DNA of 64,000 nt from Candidatus Saccharimonadales bacterium (GTDB lineage Bacteria > Patescibacteriota > Saccharimonadia > Saccharimonadales > JANWIN01): positions 64,645-128,644 of the forward strand of contig JBBRLY010000012.1 of the NCBI GenBank assembly GCA_038231155.1, in the 5' to 3' direction. The notes below the pieces were generated by a model that saw nothing but the letters and a program-made list of their open reading frames with translations, had not been told where the DNA came from and ran no database searches. The translations under genes were made by a program, and so were the position numbers. Below, in pieces: positions 63,111-64,000 of this stretch; positions within the stretch are counted from its first letter, which is position 1; each line of letters opens with the position of its first letter.

Positions 63111-63497
63111 GTGGCTGATAAACCAAAAATTAATCCTAATTTAACCGCTGAGCAAAAGGACGTACTTTTTAATAAACATACCGAAGCTCCCTTTACAGGT
63201 GAATTTTTGCATAACAAAAAGACCGGTATGTATACCTGTGCTAATTGCGGCAATCCGCTTTTTGCTAGTGGTACCAAGTTTGATAGTGGCAGTGGATGGC
63301 CCAGCTTTTATGATGTGGCCACTAAAGGTGCCGTAAAGCTTGAAAAAGACAGCTCCATGGGTATGAATAGGATAGAGGTAGTCTGCGCCAATTGCGGCAG
63401 TCACTTAGGTCATGTCTTCAATGATGCACCGGATCAGCCTACTGGGCAGCGTTACTGTATTAACTCTTGCGCGCTTGGATTTAAACCTAAAAAATAA
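63111..63497 (+). CDS. msrB: peptide-methionine (R)-S-oxide reductase
   Basis: Two CxxC pairs (CANCGNPLF, CANCGSHLGHVF) and RYCINS catalytic Cys. Confidence 0.95.
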   Translation: MADKPKINPNLTAEQKDVLFNKHTEAPFTGEFLHNKKTGMYTCANCGNPLFASGTKFDSGSGWPSFYDVATKGAVKLEKDSSMGMNRIEVVCANCGSHLGHVFNDAPDQPTGQRYCINSCALGFKPKK

Positions 63498-63510
63498 TTA
63501 CTAAAATAAC

Positions 63511-63843
63511 CTAGTTGTGATATTTGGTGCCCCAGGCCGCCATTTGCCTAAGTATTGGTATAAAGTCGTAGCCTTTTTTAGTCAGTTTATATTGCACCCT
63601 TGGAGGGGCTTCAGCAAAAGTTTCTCGACTCAAAATCTGATGTTCAACTAACTCATCCAACCTCTTAGTCAGGGTGCGAGGGTTTATACCACTAACATCT
63701 TTCTCAATTTGGCAAAATCGTTTTGGTTGCTCAGCGGTTTCTAAAAGTATTAAAGCTGTCCATTTATTACCAAGTATTTTAAGAGCACTAGCGACACAAC
63801 CTTCGCGCGGTTCAATTCGGTGATTAATTTGGTTAGTTTTCAT
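63511..63843 (-). CDS. HxlR-family transcriptional regulator
   Basis: C.VA.ALKILGNKWT..IL... winged-helix pattern, ~110 aa. Confidence 0.85.
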   Translation of the reverse strand: MKTNQINHRIEPREGCVASALKILGNKWTALILLETAEQPKRFCQIEKDVSGINPRTLTKRLDELVEHQILSRETFAEAPPRVQYKLTKKGYDFIPILRQMAAWGTKYHN

Positions 63844-63914
63844 ACTTTACAAAGTATAGTATCAGGCCTATACTACCTTATTACTATACAAAGTATATCA
63901 TCAAAGGGAATTAA

Positions 63915-64000
63915 ATGGTAACCAAAGATTATAGCCAAGTAGCCAATGATACATCAATTGATTTGGCCGTAAAGTCACTTATCCAAAACGGCATTAAAGC
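63915..64000 (+). CDS. 5' end of an ORF running off the window, divergent from the HxlR gene
   Basis: MVTKDYSQVANDTSIDLAVKSLIQNGIK..; too short to assign. Confidence 0.3.
   Translation, partial: MVTKDYSQVANDTSIDLAVKSLIQNGIK

Overview
This is a low-GC bacterial chromosome segment. Sampled 60-nt lines have about 25-30% G+C in spacers and AT-rich genes. Genes are tightly packed and the tRNA genes encode their CCA ends. The gene content includes a monoderm-type type IV secretion (T4SS) locus, an LSNTG sortase-type anchor, an L,D-transpeptidase and very little biosynthesis. This resembles an ultrasmall Patescibacteria/CPR genome, plausibly Saccharibacteria-like. That placement is inference only, because no database search was possible.

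Layout:
- recF (46-1104).
- A ~15-kb T4SS-like locus (1113-16219). It encodes an SLT+CHAP hydrolase, VirB4, a PrgI/VirB3-like protein and a giant VirB6-like protein. These are divergently paired with six tandem VirB2/TrbC-like pilin paralogs.
- hsp20.
- A ~3-kb high-GC island (17089-~20030) wedged exactly between tRNA-Ser(UGA) and tRNA-Ser(GCU). It carries decayed IS21 and rve transposase remnants.
- tRNA-Arg(GCG), with an integrative element whose large serine recombinase gene overlaps the tRNA 3' end (21135-~30433). Its distal part is a cassette-like array of small ORFs and toxin-antitoxin genes, separated by a repeat family that resembles the tRNA 3' end.
- A 610-bp gene-free gap with a GC-enriched, hairpin-rich candidate ncRNA (~32340-32720).
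- Housekeeping genes: uppP, valS, tsaD, murE, groES/groEL with a CIRCE operator, argS, mscL and msrB.
- A 684-bp GC-enriched element bounded by terminal inverted repeats and highly structured, just upstream of the groESL promoter (49068-49751).

The candidates I rate most interesting are the tRNA-flanked high-GC island, the repeat-delimited cassette array next to the serine recombinase, the multi-pilin T4SS and the two unclassified structured elements.

Coordinates of features not in the ORF track (tRNAs, repeats, small ORFs, promoters) were counted by hand and may be off by 1-2 nt.
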